Positions 1-14,587 of a DNA stretch of 64,000 nucleotides are shown one piece after another. Made by a program: the position numbers and the translations under genes. The stretch lies in the NCBI GenBank assembly GCA_964247055.1, contig OZ176052.1, positions 992,001 through 1,056,000 on the forward strand. Reading direction: 5' to 3'. Position 1 is the first letter of the stretch; each line of letters begins with the position of its first letter. The notes beneath the pieces are model-generated. The model did no database searches, was not told the origin of the DNA, and saw only the letters and a list, made by a program, of their open reading frames with translations. Source of the DNA: Paragordius varius (Eukaryota > Animalia > Nematomorpha).

Positions 1-1
1 T

Positions 2-463
2 CAACACGAGGAGAATCTACTAAAGCATAGGAATGAGCCTATAATTCCCGGTCATCATGAAGCACATCGTAAAATTCGGCCACCTCAATCTTTTGTGGAA
101 TATAATTTACGGAGAACGGACAAAAAACCAATCATACCCCTACACTCCCCCATAGATAATAATGTGGATCCGTACGAAGATGATTTGTTTGAATGGATCC
201 CCATTCAACTTAAAAGGCGGCGACGTAAAAAACGACAAGAAAGCAGCCATCATCAAAACTCTTATTATGCTGCTTCTTCAAATAACGCGGCCTTATCATC
301 AAATACGTATGCTGGAGGGAGGAGGCCTCAAGGATCACATCATCTCCTACAACCTGAATCCATAAGAAACCGCTTACCAGATGATTTGCCATCTGCGGGG
401 TTGGGTCAAACCCTAGTAGCCATATACAAAAGAATCATTGAAGTATTACGAGAACCAATCTAA
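2..463 (+). CDS. 3'-terminal coding exon of a gene starting upstream of the window; product unidentified
   Basis: Frame is open from position 2 (QHEENLLKHRNEPII...) through ORF 95..463 to TAA at 461-463. GC is higher than in the flanks, and there is a basic stretch LKRRRRKKR. No family recognised. Confidence 0.6.
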   Translation, partial: QHEENLLKHRNEPIIPGHHEAHRKIRPPQSFVEYNLRRTDKKPIIPLHSPIDNNVDPYEDDLFEWIPIQLKRRRRKKRQESSHHQNSYYAASSNNAALSSNTYAGGRRPQGSHHLLQPESIRNRLPDDLPSAGLGQTLVAIYKRIIEVLREPI

Positions 464-2689
464 TTCAAAATATTTTGTAATGCATAGACAACAACTATGA
501 ACTGATTTTTTTCTAAATGTGGTTAGATATATCATTTATGGTTAAAAATAAATTTATATGGATATTTGATAATGATTTATGATGAAAATAAGGTTCATTT
601 CATTCCATTTCAAATTATAATTTTTTATTTCGTTAAATAGTTTATAGTTATAACGTATATTGATATCGACCCTAGTGTCGATGTATAGTTGTGTGTTCAC
701 TTTAATATACTCTATTTTTAATCATCCACAAATGACCAAGTTAAAAATTACTCAGGGTATATTAATATTGAGTTGAATTCATTAAATTCATATATTTATT
801 TAAAGAAGATAATCTATATTTAGTCAAATCTTTCCCGTTTTTGTACGGCATTTTTAATTTATTTACCTATTTTTGTAGGAAAAAAACCTTTGTAAACTTT
901 ATTTGGCGATATTTGATCCCTCAAAAATTGATAAAAATTTAAAATATCTAAAGAAAATACAATTTTTAGCCAAAGTAGCTCTTTAACTGATTTTTTCCCT
1001 ATATTATAATGTCTAAAACTTTTTTGAATGGCTTGTTCAAAATCTTTGACATTTTTATGCCGACCAATAACAGTTAACAAAATTAATTTAAAGAGACTTT
1101 TATTGATTATTTATGCGCGCAAAAAATGACTGTATTTATATGAATGTTTTTTGCATTCCGGAAAACGATAGATCCTAGAAAATTTATTATTTGTTTATAA
1201 TTGAGTCCATATTGGGGCCATTTTTCTAAATTAGTCCCTCTGTTTAGCCGAACCTTCCATCTGCCGTAAAATCACGTTTGCCAAAAACCAAGTTTCAAAA
1301 ATAATTATTAACCAGTTTTTGGAAAACGTATGATACATTATAAATTGAGGCTTTTTTGAAATTCGCCCTTCTCTAGAATTTTCCACGGAACGTAAAGAGT
1401 TAAAATTCTATCACAGCCTAATCAGCCTCCTTCAATTTGTCGATTACGGCCAGAGGAGTTTTGATATAGCCAGGTAATTAATCACACCCCTTGCAAACTA
1501 ATATATTTGAGCACAACTCTATTGACCATCAAAAAATAAAAAAAACTCTCCCACTCGTTAATCAAACAAGAATAAAAATCCTAGACGTGTTAAAACATTG
1601 TTCTACTTAAGAAATGACTTTTTTTGAAAGGTTCTCTCGCTTTTAGACTGATTCTCCATATCACTAGTATTTAAAATGTAAAATATTGGCTAAGAATTTT
1701 TCCGCGCATAAGCTTATCCATATCCAATTATTCATTTATGAATGCCATAAACACAGTCGAGTCACATTTTTGAGCCCCACTTTAAATAAATATTGTGCGT
1801 TAATATAAAATTATAAGAAATCCAGGTATATTGGTATAATAAATTGAGTTATAAGCCAGGGGGTAGTCAACACAAATATCTTTGCGGCTGCTTAGATAAT
1901 TTTTGATTTTTTATTTATTTGGTTGATAAATGATCGTAAATATTGTTTGCAATCCAACTTTTTATTTTTTTAACATTTTTTGGACCACTTTTGCGTACCG
2001 AAAAAAGCGTGTTGAACATTTATCTTAGTAGCTAATGTCATTAAATTAATATGTGAAAAGCTCTCAGGAATGACAAAAAACATTCCTATTTGCATTTATG
2101 TTTAAATTTTATTCTTTTACTTGACACAATGTTTTATCTATAAATTCCTAGATATTTATGATATTGACTAAGTCACAGTGACGCGGAGGGCACTAGTACA
2201 ATCATAAATGTATTTTATAATCTTATCTAGCGTGTGATTAGGTTATATATGTAATAATTTTTATATTTATGGAGTCAAAAATCAATAAAAATTGCGACGT
2301 ATATTTTAGAAAACATAGCTCCAATATTCAAAAAAATGTACAATAAATCTTGTCCAAAAAAGTTATAACCAAGTAGTGATAAACAATTTCATTTACACTT
2401 TGCAAAAAAACCGTGGTTAAATTGAATATTTGAATATATATATAGATTGATTGATTGATAGATAAATAAATGCATCAGCATTCCATGGTGCTTTAATTTT
2501 GCGTCTTATAAAAATTACTTTAACATTTGTGATCATTCATCTAATATTTTGGTTTAAAATATTAATCATAAAAACCCCATTTTTATAGTAAAATATTAAA
2601 AAAATGACTAAAATATGCATTTATTTGTCCTAACACTTAAATACAACACTTTCATTTAATTCATTTCAGTCCTAAGATAATTGAGGTCT

Positions 2690-5600
2690 ATGGGGATCCC
2701 AGGACTATTTAAACTCAAATATGTATTAATAGATGACACAAATTTAACCATTGCAAAAGTTTGTACTTTTATAACATTGATACCAAAATATAAAAAAATT
2801 ATTTAACTTAATCCTTGTTATTTTATAAAAAAACCTCTTTAGGCACCATTCCATATATGGATGAGCGAATATGAATAATGTAAAATAACCCCTCTTTGTT
2901 TGTATACCAATTGGATGTGATTTAAAAAAATATGGTCTAATTTTAGTGTTTGAATAAAAAAGTATAAAAATATTATATTATTTGATATGTTGCATTAAAA
3001 TATTGGTAAAATTAACTTAGAGTGGTTTTACAATCATATCATCATGTCAATAAATTTAAAGTTAGAGTGGATATTAATCAGTTAATTTATGATCGTAGAA
3101 ATACCTGTAAAAAATCAAAATATTTTTGCCTAATAAACATAATATATGATGTTTATGCTTTCATAATTAATAAATATTTTTAATACATCGGGGCAGCCCC
3201 GAAATGTATCCTTATTATGAAAAATATTTTTGATCGTAGAAATAACTGTAAAAATCGAAATATTTTTGTATAATTAATATAATATCTGATGTTTATGCTA
3301 TCTCGAATTAATAAATATTTTTAATACATTAAGGCAAACATCCCAAAATGTATGCCGATTATAAATTTAACATGTATCAAGTGTTAATATAATTTTCTAA
3401 CACACATGTATAGGTGTAGCTAACATTTCAATGTTACATGCCTTTTTATTTCAAATTTTTTTGCTATTTTATTTGACCATATTTGTGATTGGAATAATTG
3501 CAATACTTTTTAATATTCCTTTTGCAATTCTTTTATTCTTATATTTACAAGCTTTGGTTTGTAAATTCTATTTGGAATACAGGTAATAAATATATATATT
3601 TTAGTAAAAATCCATGTTTGGATCTGGCTCGGAGGATTATAGCAAAATCATGGTTGCTCCATGCTAGGTTTTGGCACGGTATTTTTATAAACATGTTGTT
3701 GCTTACTTTTAATTATCAAACTTAGCAATTTTAAAAAAAAATCTTTTATTATAGCAAATTACTATAATTTTGTAAATTTATAGGATACGAGATATGTGGG
3801 TTGGAAAACGTTCCGATAGGAAAACCATCCATGATCGTTTTGTTTCATGGAACTGTTCCGGTCGATTTGTATTACTTGATAACACTTTTGGCTCTTGATC
3901 CGAATCGCAAAACGTCAATGATTGGTGACAAATTTTTGTTTTCGCTCCCAGGTTTGAATTTTTGGTTTTTTGGAATAATTTATTTTTTTGTTTAACCAAA
4001 ATCCCTTTGTCTTATCGTCTGATTGGATAATTTAAAATGATTTTGTAAATTTTTTCATAATTGAATATTAATTTGAAAACAATACCAAAAAGTTTAAAAC
4101 CCTTTTCCGTTATTGAAAGCCGAAAACGCGGTTAGGTTTTAAAAATTAGTTTACTGTAATGTCGACCTTTGCTGAAATATTTATTGTGTATATATTTGAG
4201 TTTTGTTATTTTTGACAAAATATCCATTTTTTATTGCATTTCATTGACAGCACATAAAATTTTAGGGTAATAAATTTTATATAATAACAATAATATAAAT
4301 GCAAATTAAAAAAGCGTAACAACGCCTGAATAAAATCTATGAGGAACCGAAACCAGGCGCAGTACTTGGAGAAGCCAAAAATTCTTGATTTTTATTGTTT
4401 AGGTTGTACCCAGTTATTTATCCTTTTGTTTGTCGATAAATATCAAACTGTTATGAATACCCTATATGTATGATTTTACTTAAATTATAGTTTGTTTTTT
4501 TCAATCCATATATTTTTATGTTTCTTTTTTTGATTATCTTTCAATTCATATATTTACTTTTATATGCGCATAGAGGGTAATCTAAATACACACATATCAT
4601 TTATTCGGTGATAAAGTTTGTAAACCATTTGCCAAAATTTCTTTCTATTAAACTTTATGTTGATTTATTCAACACTTATACATTGTAAAGGTTTTAGCCC
4701 TATGATGCGTTTACTTAACGTACACCCTGGAACGATTGAAAGTTGTTGCGCTGAACTTGCTGAAGGAAAAACTCTACTGGTTTCACCGGGTGGGGCTCGC
4801 GAAGCTGTGTTCACTGATGATAATTACACGTTGCTATGGAAACAGCGGTCCGGTTTCGCTAAAATCGCTCTTGCCCAAAACGTACCCGTTATTCCGGCTT
4901 TCACGCAAAACATACGTGAAGGTTATCGGACTGCCACATTTGGACTAGGGAGTAAATATTTTTACGTTAATTAAATAATATAGATTTAGTTAGTATACAG
5001 TAAAACAACAAAACATGAAAAGCAAAAAATAAAAATATGTATTTTATAACACAAAACAAAGAGTAAGCAGACGATAAAAGCATGAAAACATTAGTTGATA
5101 TAGAATGCTTTTTTCTTTTCCCTTGTTGCCCATTATCATTTTTTTAAATTATTTATTTAACATAATTATATCATACCTACAAGGGTCCCCTTTAATACCG
5201 ATTTGGGAAAATATATGGGTCAACCGCATCATTATCTTTTTTTATAAAACATATAAATTAGTTTTTGTGATTATATAAATTTAATCAATTAATATATAGT
5301 GATAATTATATTCTACAAATTTTTTTAAAAATACTAAAGAAGGATTATATTTATTTTTGGCCCTGTAATATACATAAACTAGTAAGTTTTTCAGAAATTG
5401 CACTCAACTTTGAACAATTATAAGCCCTCGAAAAACCCTTATCCTATGAGCTAAATAGTTTATGTCTAGTTAAAAAGCTCTTATGAGGCGGGCCATATGG
5501 AAATTTGTTATCTTATCTATGATATTCCCTTACTTTTAACCAGTTGGTTTGGGTTTCACTTTATTTTTAATCTATGATAATAAAGTTTACCCAACCAATT

Positions 5601-6264
5601 TTAATGTGTTATCAATTTTATTTAATTTTCGGGATTCATTGATTCATAATGGTAAAAATTTACAACTTTGATAATTTAAAATTATTTAAGCCGTTTTTCT
5701 AAAATTGTATATTTTAGAATTAACCAATTTATTTAACACCCCTATTTTATAGAATATTTCCGTCAATTCTATGAACATTATCGCTTACCACTCATCCCAC
5801 TGTATGGTGGTTTTCCCGTCAAACTCATTACGCATTTTGGGGCACCCATTTATCCCGAACAAGTGTTGGGCACTACCCATTATGATGCCAAAAATTCTCA
5901 AACGATTGATGCATTTATTACGGCTTGTAGCACTTCGTTACAAACGCTAATTCGACAAAAACAACGCTTGCCAGGCAGTATTTGGTTTGGGTTATGGGAA
6001 CGGTTTTCCCTTCCTCACCCATTTGCTAAAATCGACTTGAGCAATTTTTTTATCACCCAAACCAAGAACGAAGATGTTGATAGTTTTAATTATCAAAATG
6101 GAAATAAAAGTGAAAAATGTTCTGAAATAAAAAATGACCATAAAAATCATATCGAAAATGTTGAAAAAGCATTACACAATCATGATATTACAAATCAACC
6201 TAGATCTACCGAAACTCATCAGGAGGAAGTAGGTGATTGGGAAAAAATTGGTGTATCTTTTTGA
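2690..6264 (+). CDS. TMEM68: TMEM68 (DIESL)-family acyltransferase
   Basis: Exons: (2690-2762, uncertain; ATG 3431 is an alternative start), 3414-3582, 3605-3678, 3784-3951, 4691-4951, 5753-6264. All junctions are GT-AG with consistent phases. Motifs WHGYEI, catalytic FHGTVPVD (HxxxxD), LLVSPGGAREA, VPVIPAFTQNIREG, PLYGGFPVKL and KQRLPGSI match TMEM68. Confidence 0.85.
3086..3360. repeat. Two-copy direct tandem duplication (~140-bp unit)
   Basis: tgatcgtagaaata(c/a)ctgtaaaaa...tgatgtttatgct...aattaataaatatttttaatacat...aaatgtat occurs twice in tandem. Confidence 0.75.
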
Positions 6265-7233
6265 GATAATTTATAACAATCAATTATAATATATTAAACG
6301 CCGACTTGCTTTTCGCCTTATACACGGCCGTGAATCAAATTAAAAATATGTGCAAATATTGTTTAATTTTATTAGTCAGGTTTTTGCATGCATTATTAAA
6401 CCTTTGATCAATCATGAACACTTTATAATCAGTATATATATATATATGACAAATGTGATACAGTGTTATAAAACATCAAAATATTTAATATTTATTTTGA
6501 TTTATCTTTTGGTTTTATGCTTTTTATATATATATATATATATATTCAATGCACCATGGCTTAAAAGCTTGTACATATTTTATGGAACCTCTTTTATTTT
6601 TATTATGATACTAAATCATAATTTGTACTTTGTGATATTAAATTAAAAAATAATAAATGGACGACAGATCTTTTAACTTAATTATCTGTTAATTTTATCC
6701 AACATCCCTAGGGGTTTTATTTGGTTATATAGGATGTGTATTATCGATTACTTATTTTTACCTTCATCTCGAATAAATCCAAATTAATACGACAAAATGT
6801 AATATATAATGCCCTTTAATGATACATATTTATATCTGATATATACAATAACCATATTAGATTATAAGTAATAAATAATATAAACGCTTTTTTAAGTCCT
6901 CCTTAGTTTTATAAAGCATAATGTAATTAACGGAATTTGATAAATATAACTTTCCTCTTTATTTATTAAATTCACCAAAGAATTAAATGGAAAGATTTAT
7001 TAATTAATTGAAAATAATTAACTATCACATGCTAATTTATTGCGAATTATTTAAACTAATTGTTGTTAAATAGAATAATAATTGCAACATAATTAAATGG
7101 TGTTTTTTTATCCTGAGTCAAAATAATAAAAATAAGGCAGACGATGTTAATACTGTAAAATATTTTTTTACATCATTGTAATTGTCTAATACTTACGGAA
7201 AATATTAAATTCCACATAAAGTTTCAAAATCCA

Positions 7234-10200
7234 TCAAAGTTCATATAAATATTCGTTGGGATTTTCGTCTATCCGAGTAATTTTTATCTTATTATTCATA
7301 GGTTTATTGGTATTGACACGTGGCGCATTCGTCTTATTCTTAATATTGTGTGAAGCGAATGAATTGGTATTGGGATAACGTTTCACAGTGGCATATATTG
7401 AATAATTTTCATTAACACTTCTATCATCATCTTTAATACCATTAATATTGCTCAAATTTCTTGCAAAGTTTGTTGAATTATGCGATAATTGACTCATTCT
7501 CTGTCCATTTTTTGCTTTATAATTTTCAACCGTTTTCCTCAAATGCGGTTTGAGTGTTTGACTTCCATTGATTGTATGATTATGGCTAAGTTGTTTGTTG
7601 ACTAATACGGGTGACTCACCGCCATTCCCTTCTAAATTTCGTTTTAACAATTGATACTTTCTTTTATTGTGTTGATTATTATCTAAGAAAAAACCATCGA
7701 TGTTATTTTGCGATGAATAATTCTGGTTAGAAAAATTTCGTGGCATGGAATTATAAAAGATAGAAGGGAAATTATTTGGTTGCTCCAACCTTGAGTTTGA
7801 CCATGGTATTTCTTTATTAAAATTTATCGATTTCATAGTTGTCTTGGTAGAATCATTCAAAGTTGCATTGATTTCGGCGTGGGGAGCTTTTTGATTCATA
7901 GCCTGTTTTCTATTTGGAGAAATCCAATGAGACAAAGTCGAATGCCACGATTTTTTATCATTTTCGTCGGATGAAATGTTTTGATTCCCATTTAAACTAT
8001 TATTATTAATATGGCTAGTAGAGAGGGTATTTTTGAATACTGGCTTAGGTTTGGGCAGACGAGACATGGAAAATGAAAATATTTTATTTGTTTTCATCGT
8101 CGTGTTTTTTGTTGTTTGCAGTGAAACTTTGTTTGTATTGACCAAAGTTAAATTATCGTATAAATCCGTATTATCGCAACCGTAAAAATTATTTTCGTCA
8201 AACATATCCCCAATACAGTCGTTTAAGCTATCGGTAAATTTCGCACGTATTTTTTGTTCAGCAAACTTATTTTGTTCCGATATTAGATTTGTGGGCATAA
8301 AGGGTAATATATTTATATTTTCCAAAAGATCTTTCTCAACGCTTTCTGTTTCTGCTGGAATTATGTTGATATTGTTTTGAGCTATACTACTATTTTCTGT
8401 GGTCGGTTTATTAAGTGAGAAAAAGTAATCTTCATCTAGTTCCTTTGTTATTGTCTCCAAAAATTTGAGGTTATTTTCAAGTTCTTGACTACTCCTTTCC
8501 ACCTCTGAAAAATCTATTGTGTGGGATTTTATGATTTTTTCTTGGGGAGTTAATGGGCCATTCAAAGGCTTAGTTCTCATTTCCACATAGATGGATGAAT
8601 TTGAGCTTAGACGCTTCTCAATATCATTTTCAGTTTGTTGAGATTCTAAAACATGGTAAGGAGATTCGTTGGAAAAAGATTTGTTAAGCCATTCCTGCGT
8701 TTTGGACTTCCAAATATTTTCTGTAGAATCCATTTTACAGCAATCAGAGGCGACGGTCGATTTCACTTCAATGGAGGATATTTGGGACGTTTTGTTAGAT
8801 ACACTCAACATGGTCTAGATTCCAATATAATATAAAATTATGTATAGAATATACATAAGCAGATATCATTGCTATTTTTTTTATCAATTACCATATATTA
8901 TGTATAGAAAGGGGCGGTTTATTGGCTTATATTTTTTGGTTTTTTACTATTATCACTAATAATTCTTGTCGCAGTATATGCTAATTTAAGGAAAAATTAG
9001 CAATGAAATTTACTCATACTGTTATAAACTAAAACAAACTTATTAAATTTGCATAATATTTAGAGGTATTTGCATTCTGGTAAATTTTAAATTCAAAACA
9101 TATTAAATTTTATTACATCTTTTCTTGAGCTAAAGGATGAAGAAGTATGTTCATTCGCAGCCGAGAGTCGTTTTATATCAGATATGTCCTTAACATTTTC
9201 CTTCTTGGAAGCAGTATTATTGAAAAAGTTTTTTGAATTCGATAATAGAACCTCCCCACAATTGGAACAATATCCAGATTCAGAATCTCCTCCGCAATTC
9301 GAATTTACTACTGTATTAATAAAGTTTTGGTTATTTTGAGTTAAAGGTTGACTTGCCATAGAATTTGGATGGTGTTCAAAAAAATTGGTTGACATTTTTT
9401 CAAAAATGGCATCAAAAATCTGTTTAGACTCCAAACTGGATTCTTTTCTGTCATCTTTTTTGTAAAGAGGTGAGGGAGTTATCAAATTTTTGGCCACAAG
9501 TTTTTTGTGAATTTCTGTGAAATTAATATTTAAACATTAAAAATGTCAAAACATTGGTTATATATATTATCCATTAACCCTCCACAAAAATAATATAAAA
9601 ATAGTTTTATTCAATTTAAATAATTATCTTTCCCAAACAAAATGAATAATATTTCCGGTGAGATTTTATCATAAATAATTTTGTTAACTATTAAATTATT
9701 TGGTATATTTCTAAAAAATATGTAATATTAAATTAAATTTATAAAGAAAGTTGTAAACTTGTGACTATTTGTGAAAACAACAATGTATCCAATTCCTTCT
9801 TCACTTTATCCAAAGTAACAGCTAATTGTCTTGCTTGATTGCCACATAATACAAGAAGACCTAATAATTTACACCATTCATATTAGGAAAATTGTATATT
9901 TTAAACGTGTTTAAGCAAAATATTTTCTTCATAAGTTCAATTGGTATAGAACATTTTAATATTTTTTCTAAAGATTCCTTTTTTAAATAATTAATCTGCT
10001 TTGATATTTTTTCAAGATGTAGTGTTCTAACCGATATTATTAAAAATTCTTTGCCAAAAAATAATTAATAGAAAATAATTAATAGAAAATAATTAAACAG
10101 AAAACCTGAAACTTTATTGTTTGCCACTTTTTGTACACCCAAAAATGGCCAATAGGCATTACGATTGTTGCCCTGGCCCGATAAATTATTACAATTTGAA

Positions 10201-10610
10201 TTTTCTGTATTAGTAGGCTTTTCCGATATTACAATAATTTCAACGAGTAATATATGGTTATTAACGAGCATGAATCGACTTAAACCATGTAGATTACATT
10301 CAAATTCGTATTGAGGTTGTCCTTCATATTTTACATTGCTTTCAGAACTAAATGTGGGCTCAGGCAAAGTCATTAATTTAAGGCGGTACAATTGAGGTGA
10401 CATTTTTTCTTTCATCATATTAGTGTCGACCATATTTTGAAAAATAAGTTGAAGGTGAATAGGTGTTTGAGATACACCATAAATTGGTAATTGTCTAATG
10501 TGGAAACAATTTATTTCAAAATTTAAAACAAATGGGTTCTGAAGACCCTGGTTGCTATATTCTTCAATGCCGTTATTGGATGGAATAACTGATTCTTGTA
10601 ATTTCACCAT
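7234..10610 (-). CDS. Probable IRS-type PTB-domain docking adaptor (Dok/FRS2-like) with a long disordered tyrosine-motif tail, ~861 aa
   Basis: Exons 10106-10610, 9759-9860, 9117-9514, 7234-8814; GT-AG with consistent phases. The N-terminal pattern FHIRQLP..PIHLQL..LKLMTLPEP..LHGLSRF..ILLVE..GLLVLCGNQARQLAVTLDKV resembles Dok7/FRS2 PTB strands plus the C-terminal helix (by eye). The S/N/K-rich tail carries YVEM, YDNL, YNSM and IYATV. Confidence 0.55.
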
Positions 10611-11485
10611 TTTTTTAGTTAAAAATTCTCAAAAAAACTGTAGAGTGAGATTATTTATTTCAAAGTTTTGTTATTATAAAACCATAGTAGAATACATTGA
10701 ATAACGCTCCATAGCAAATGGGCTTTGGTTTTTATCATGATAAAATAATGAGATGAAATGCAATATGGGATGAATTTGGTTGCCTAAAATTTATAGTTTT
10801 ATAAAAAAATGCATCCTTCTAAAATAACGGTGTTAAAAATTTCCATGAATTCACAAAGGATATTTTCAAGGAACTAAACTTACTTTTAACTGCATAAAAA
10901 GTTAGGAATAACTTTAACAAAAGTGCCTTAAGCAAAAATCAAATATAGTATTTTATTATATATTTAAAGTACACCTCTTGGCATATCATTGTTAAAATAT
11001 ATCTATATAGTAAAAAATAAATAACCTTTTGAAAATATATTAAAATATAAAATAAAAAAATAAATGTTATAAAACATAAAATTATCTCCTCAACTTAATC
11101 TAGTAACTTTTGTTATATACTATACATAAAAGCTTAAAGCTTAATTGTTATCTGATATCAAAGTAAGGGTAGTACTGTTATGTGTAAATGAAGCATACTA
11201 TAAAAATATTTAATTGTGGTTCTATAAAATTTTTGTGAAATCTAAATTTTAAATTTAAATTTATTTTTTCAGAAATTTGGGGTTGCTATGAAAAGATTTA
11301 TATCTTATAGTTTTGAACTGGAACTTAATAAGCATTAAACTTTTTTATTTTAACAAGTAAAGGGTTACTTTATATAATATGTGTAAAAAATAAACAAAAC
11401 AGTAAAGTTCAGTTATGGTTTTTTCTCTAAACAACTCTTTCTACTAACTTTTGTCTGGCATGCATTTCTAAAATATTTTTATATA

Positions 11486-11607
11486 CAGTAGCGTATGGCA
11501 TTAAACAATATCAGTTTATAAAATAATAATAAAATGCTTTCTTATTTTTATAAAAAAAACTTTTTTATCTGTTTATGGACTAATATTTTTTATGCCATAC
11601 GCTACTG
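11486..11607. mobile_element. 122-bp MITE, Tc1/mariner-type ends
   Basis: TIR CAGTAGCGTATGGCAT ... ATGCCATACGCTACTG, flanked by TA on both sides. Confidence 0.8.
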
Positions 11608-12237
11608 TAGCATTAAATAACAATTATATGCAGCATATTTATGTAAATTAGATTGCCGGAATTCGAGAATAGATAATAAAATTTATATATGAAGATGTCT
11701 CTTGTTATAAAATTATTTATTTACAATGTTTGAGAAAATATTTTAAACATTTGTGTTTGTTTTATGTTTTTGATTACACCTGCAATACTATATTTATTGA
11801 AGATCAAATATCTAAGACAGGTGGTAACTTAAAGACTTATAAAACATATTTAAGATTTCAAAAAATAGTTTATGATGTTAACTTTAAATCCAAAAAGACT
11901 TAAAATATTTTTAATTGGTATAACATCTCTATTTTAAAGGGTAAAAAATGGTGAAATATTGTTGATAAATATGGGCTATTTCATATTAAATCGAAAATTG
12001 ACTTGTTTAAATATTATAATATAATTAATCTCTACTTTTTTTCTGGTTTTAATATTGTTGCGCAATAGTATTTTCCATGATTTTAAAAATTGGATGATAT
12101 CAATCATATGTCATAATAATGTTGCCTAAATTAGTAAAACTAACAATTTTCGTTGTTTAAATCAATGTAGAAAATTCGGTATTTAATAACATTAGAGACC
12201 ATTTTTCAGTCAGCAAACCGAGGTTTTTATAATAATA

Positions 12238-12412
12238 CAGTGTGCATTTTAATGGATGCTTTTTCACACTATAGTTGGGCAATGCAACATTGTAGTGTAT
12301 GGGAAAAACAATAAAATGTTGAATAAACAATTTTGTTGTTTTTTCCATACACTACTGTGTTGCTAATTGCCCAACTATAGCGTGAAATAAGCAACCATTA
12401 AAATACATACTG
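12238..12412. mobile_element. MITE with ~75-bp TIRs, CAGT termini
   Basis: cagtgtgcattttaatggatgctttttcacactatagttgggcaat... and its imperfect reverse complement ending ...ccattaaaatacatactg. Same family as 13386-13795. Confidence 0.75.
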
Positions 12413-13385
12413 AATTTATACGGTAGTCTCTGAATGATCATAGTAATTAATGTTGAGCTTATAAATTGTTTAATTTTAGCCATAGTGGAAACCCAAAATT
12501 GGGGATTTATGATATAAAACCTTTTTTCTGATATTTATGTAATTCTATAAATTTGGAAAACATATGAAAATACAAAAATAAACTTTGATTTAAAATGAAA
12601 GATTTTCTAAAATTTGATTATTAATTTGAATAAATACCTTTAAAATTATTTAATCCAGTTGGCCTACCGATATCAGGTGGGATTTATTTTATTAAATTTT
12701 TGTTTTTTTGTTTAATTAGGATTGCATGTTTCGCCAACAAGGTTTTGATAATGGCTTAAGAGTAAAAAAATCGTATTTTTGATGAAATTTTAAATTAAGA
12801 TCACAACTTGTATATTTGCGTAAATTTTATCGAGTTCATATTTAGCAACAATTTAAATGATTTTTTGAAATTAGAATTTCATTAAATTAGTAAATTAATC
12901 TATTTTATTAAAAGTAATGCCTAAACATGAGTCTTTATAACTGGTTTTAATGGGCAAATCTATGTTTATTTTTAGGGTGATTATTTTGATAATTAAAAAA
13001 AGTTGCGAAAATCTGATACATCTCTAACATCTTAAATGTTCAAAAAAGCATTTAATCATAAAATTTGATTGCATGGTTATATATATTGAAACTTATGTTT
13101 TATTTATTAAAATAATATTGAATTTAATTAATGAGATTCCTAAAAGCTTTAAAAACGTCAAAAGAATAAACCAGAAGAAGCGGGTTCTAGTTTATGTACG
13201 TACCCGTTGATATTCCTAAATTCCAAATCTTAGTGTTTTTATGATTTATTTATTGTCAAATCTATTTAGAACTCCATTCCAAAGATTGAAACCAAACCCA
13301 TAAGAATTTTGAGGGAGCGTTGAGACCAAAAAACGGTTACAAAAAGCATAACGTATCTTATTTGGTCGGATAACGCCAGTATTTA

Positions 13386-13795
13386 CAGTATGCATTTTAA
13401 TGATTGCTTATTTAACAGTATAGTAGGGCAATTTGCAACACAGTAGTGGAGTATGGTTAAAACAGCAAAATGCTGAATAAACAATTATTTTTTTTTTTAT
13501 CAAAAATTTTTTTTTTTCGTAAAATGGGTAAAAATATTTGGTAAAGAGTGGGAAAAACAAGGGCTCTATGGTGATTCTTATACTTTTTTGATGAATATGG
13601 TATTGTTAATACCATAATGCTCTTGTTTTTTTTATTTTTAACAAATATTTATACCCCCATTTAACGAAAGAAAATAAATTTTTGATAAAATAAAGGATAC
13701 ATGACATTATTTCCTTTGTTTGTTCCATACACTCCTGTGTTGCAAATTGCCAAACTACTATAGTGTGAAATAAGCAACCATTAAAATACATACTG
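13386..13795. mobile_element. MITE, longer copy of the 12238 family
   Basis: ta|cagtatgcattttaatgattgcttattt ... aaataagcaaccattaaaatacatactg|ta, TA target duplication. Confidence 0.75.
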
Positions 13796-14587
13796 TACCA
13801 CAGTTTTCCACTTTTGTGAATATGCAATTGCAATGATTTAATTTTCCAGAGAAAAAAAAGGCTTACATATTGATTGTATTATTGGCTGTTTACTCACAAT
13901 TATTGAATTTTAATTTAAATTTTTGCTTAAAAATATCTTAAAATCCGCACCATTTGGCCCAAAACCCTAATATTTAATAAATGAAAATATTGAACCAGAA
14001 ATTTTTGTTTTGATATATTTAAAAAAATATTTCACAACGAATCAATCAATATCCAATAAATATAATTTATTTCTCCTATATACCTCACAAGTATTCAATT
14101 TTGTTGTACAAAAAATATTTGTAAAATCATAATTTAGAGGAGATCACAGAATCGAATGTTGGCTATAAAAAAGTTTCAAAATGTTGAGCAGTATGCCAAA
14201 TGTGAAAATTTAAACCCTGATAGGATAGTTTGTAGAATATAATCATTGTGTTTTAGGGTTTGAGGTAATCAAATCTAAAATAAAATTATAAAAATTAAAA
14301 ATTACCTAATTACAGTAAATATGAAAATTATACAGACATAATACATAAAAACTTAAAGATAATTTTATTGTTCAAAAATAATCATACACTTTCTTAAACC
14401 ATAGGACTAATATTTATTTAAAAAGAAAAGTACATCGATCGGCTTTTAAAAAAAATATTTTCTTTATGTTTTCACGTTTCTGTATAATTTCATTTTTATT
14501 GTAAGAATTTAAATTTGTTTTTTAAAAATATCACGTTATTATCAAAAACAAATGATATATTTTTCAAACCTCCATTTGAATGCTGAT

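Noticed and set aside
859-1080. 73-aa minus ORF, and ORF 48351-48584
   Set aside because: No ATG or recognisable motif; possibly old TE debris.
2841-2880. Candidate small TMEM68 exon after ctctttag
   Set aside because: All three frames hit a stop before the next GT donor.
3498-3725. Supplied 75-aa ORF as a single TMEM68 exon
   Set aside because: It starts at TTG right after a stop, and only its second half matches TMEM68. The 22-nt intron model fits better.
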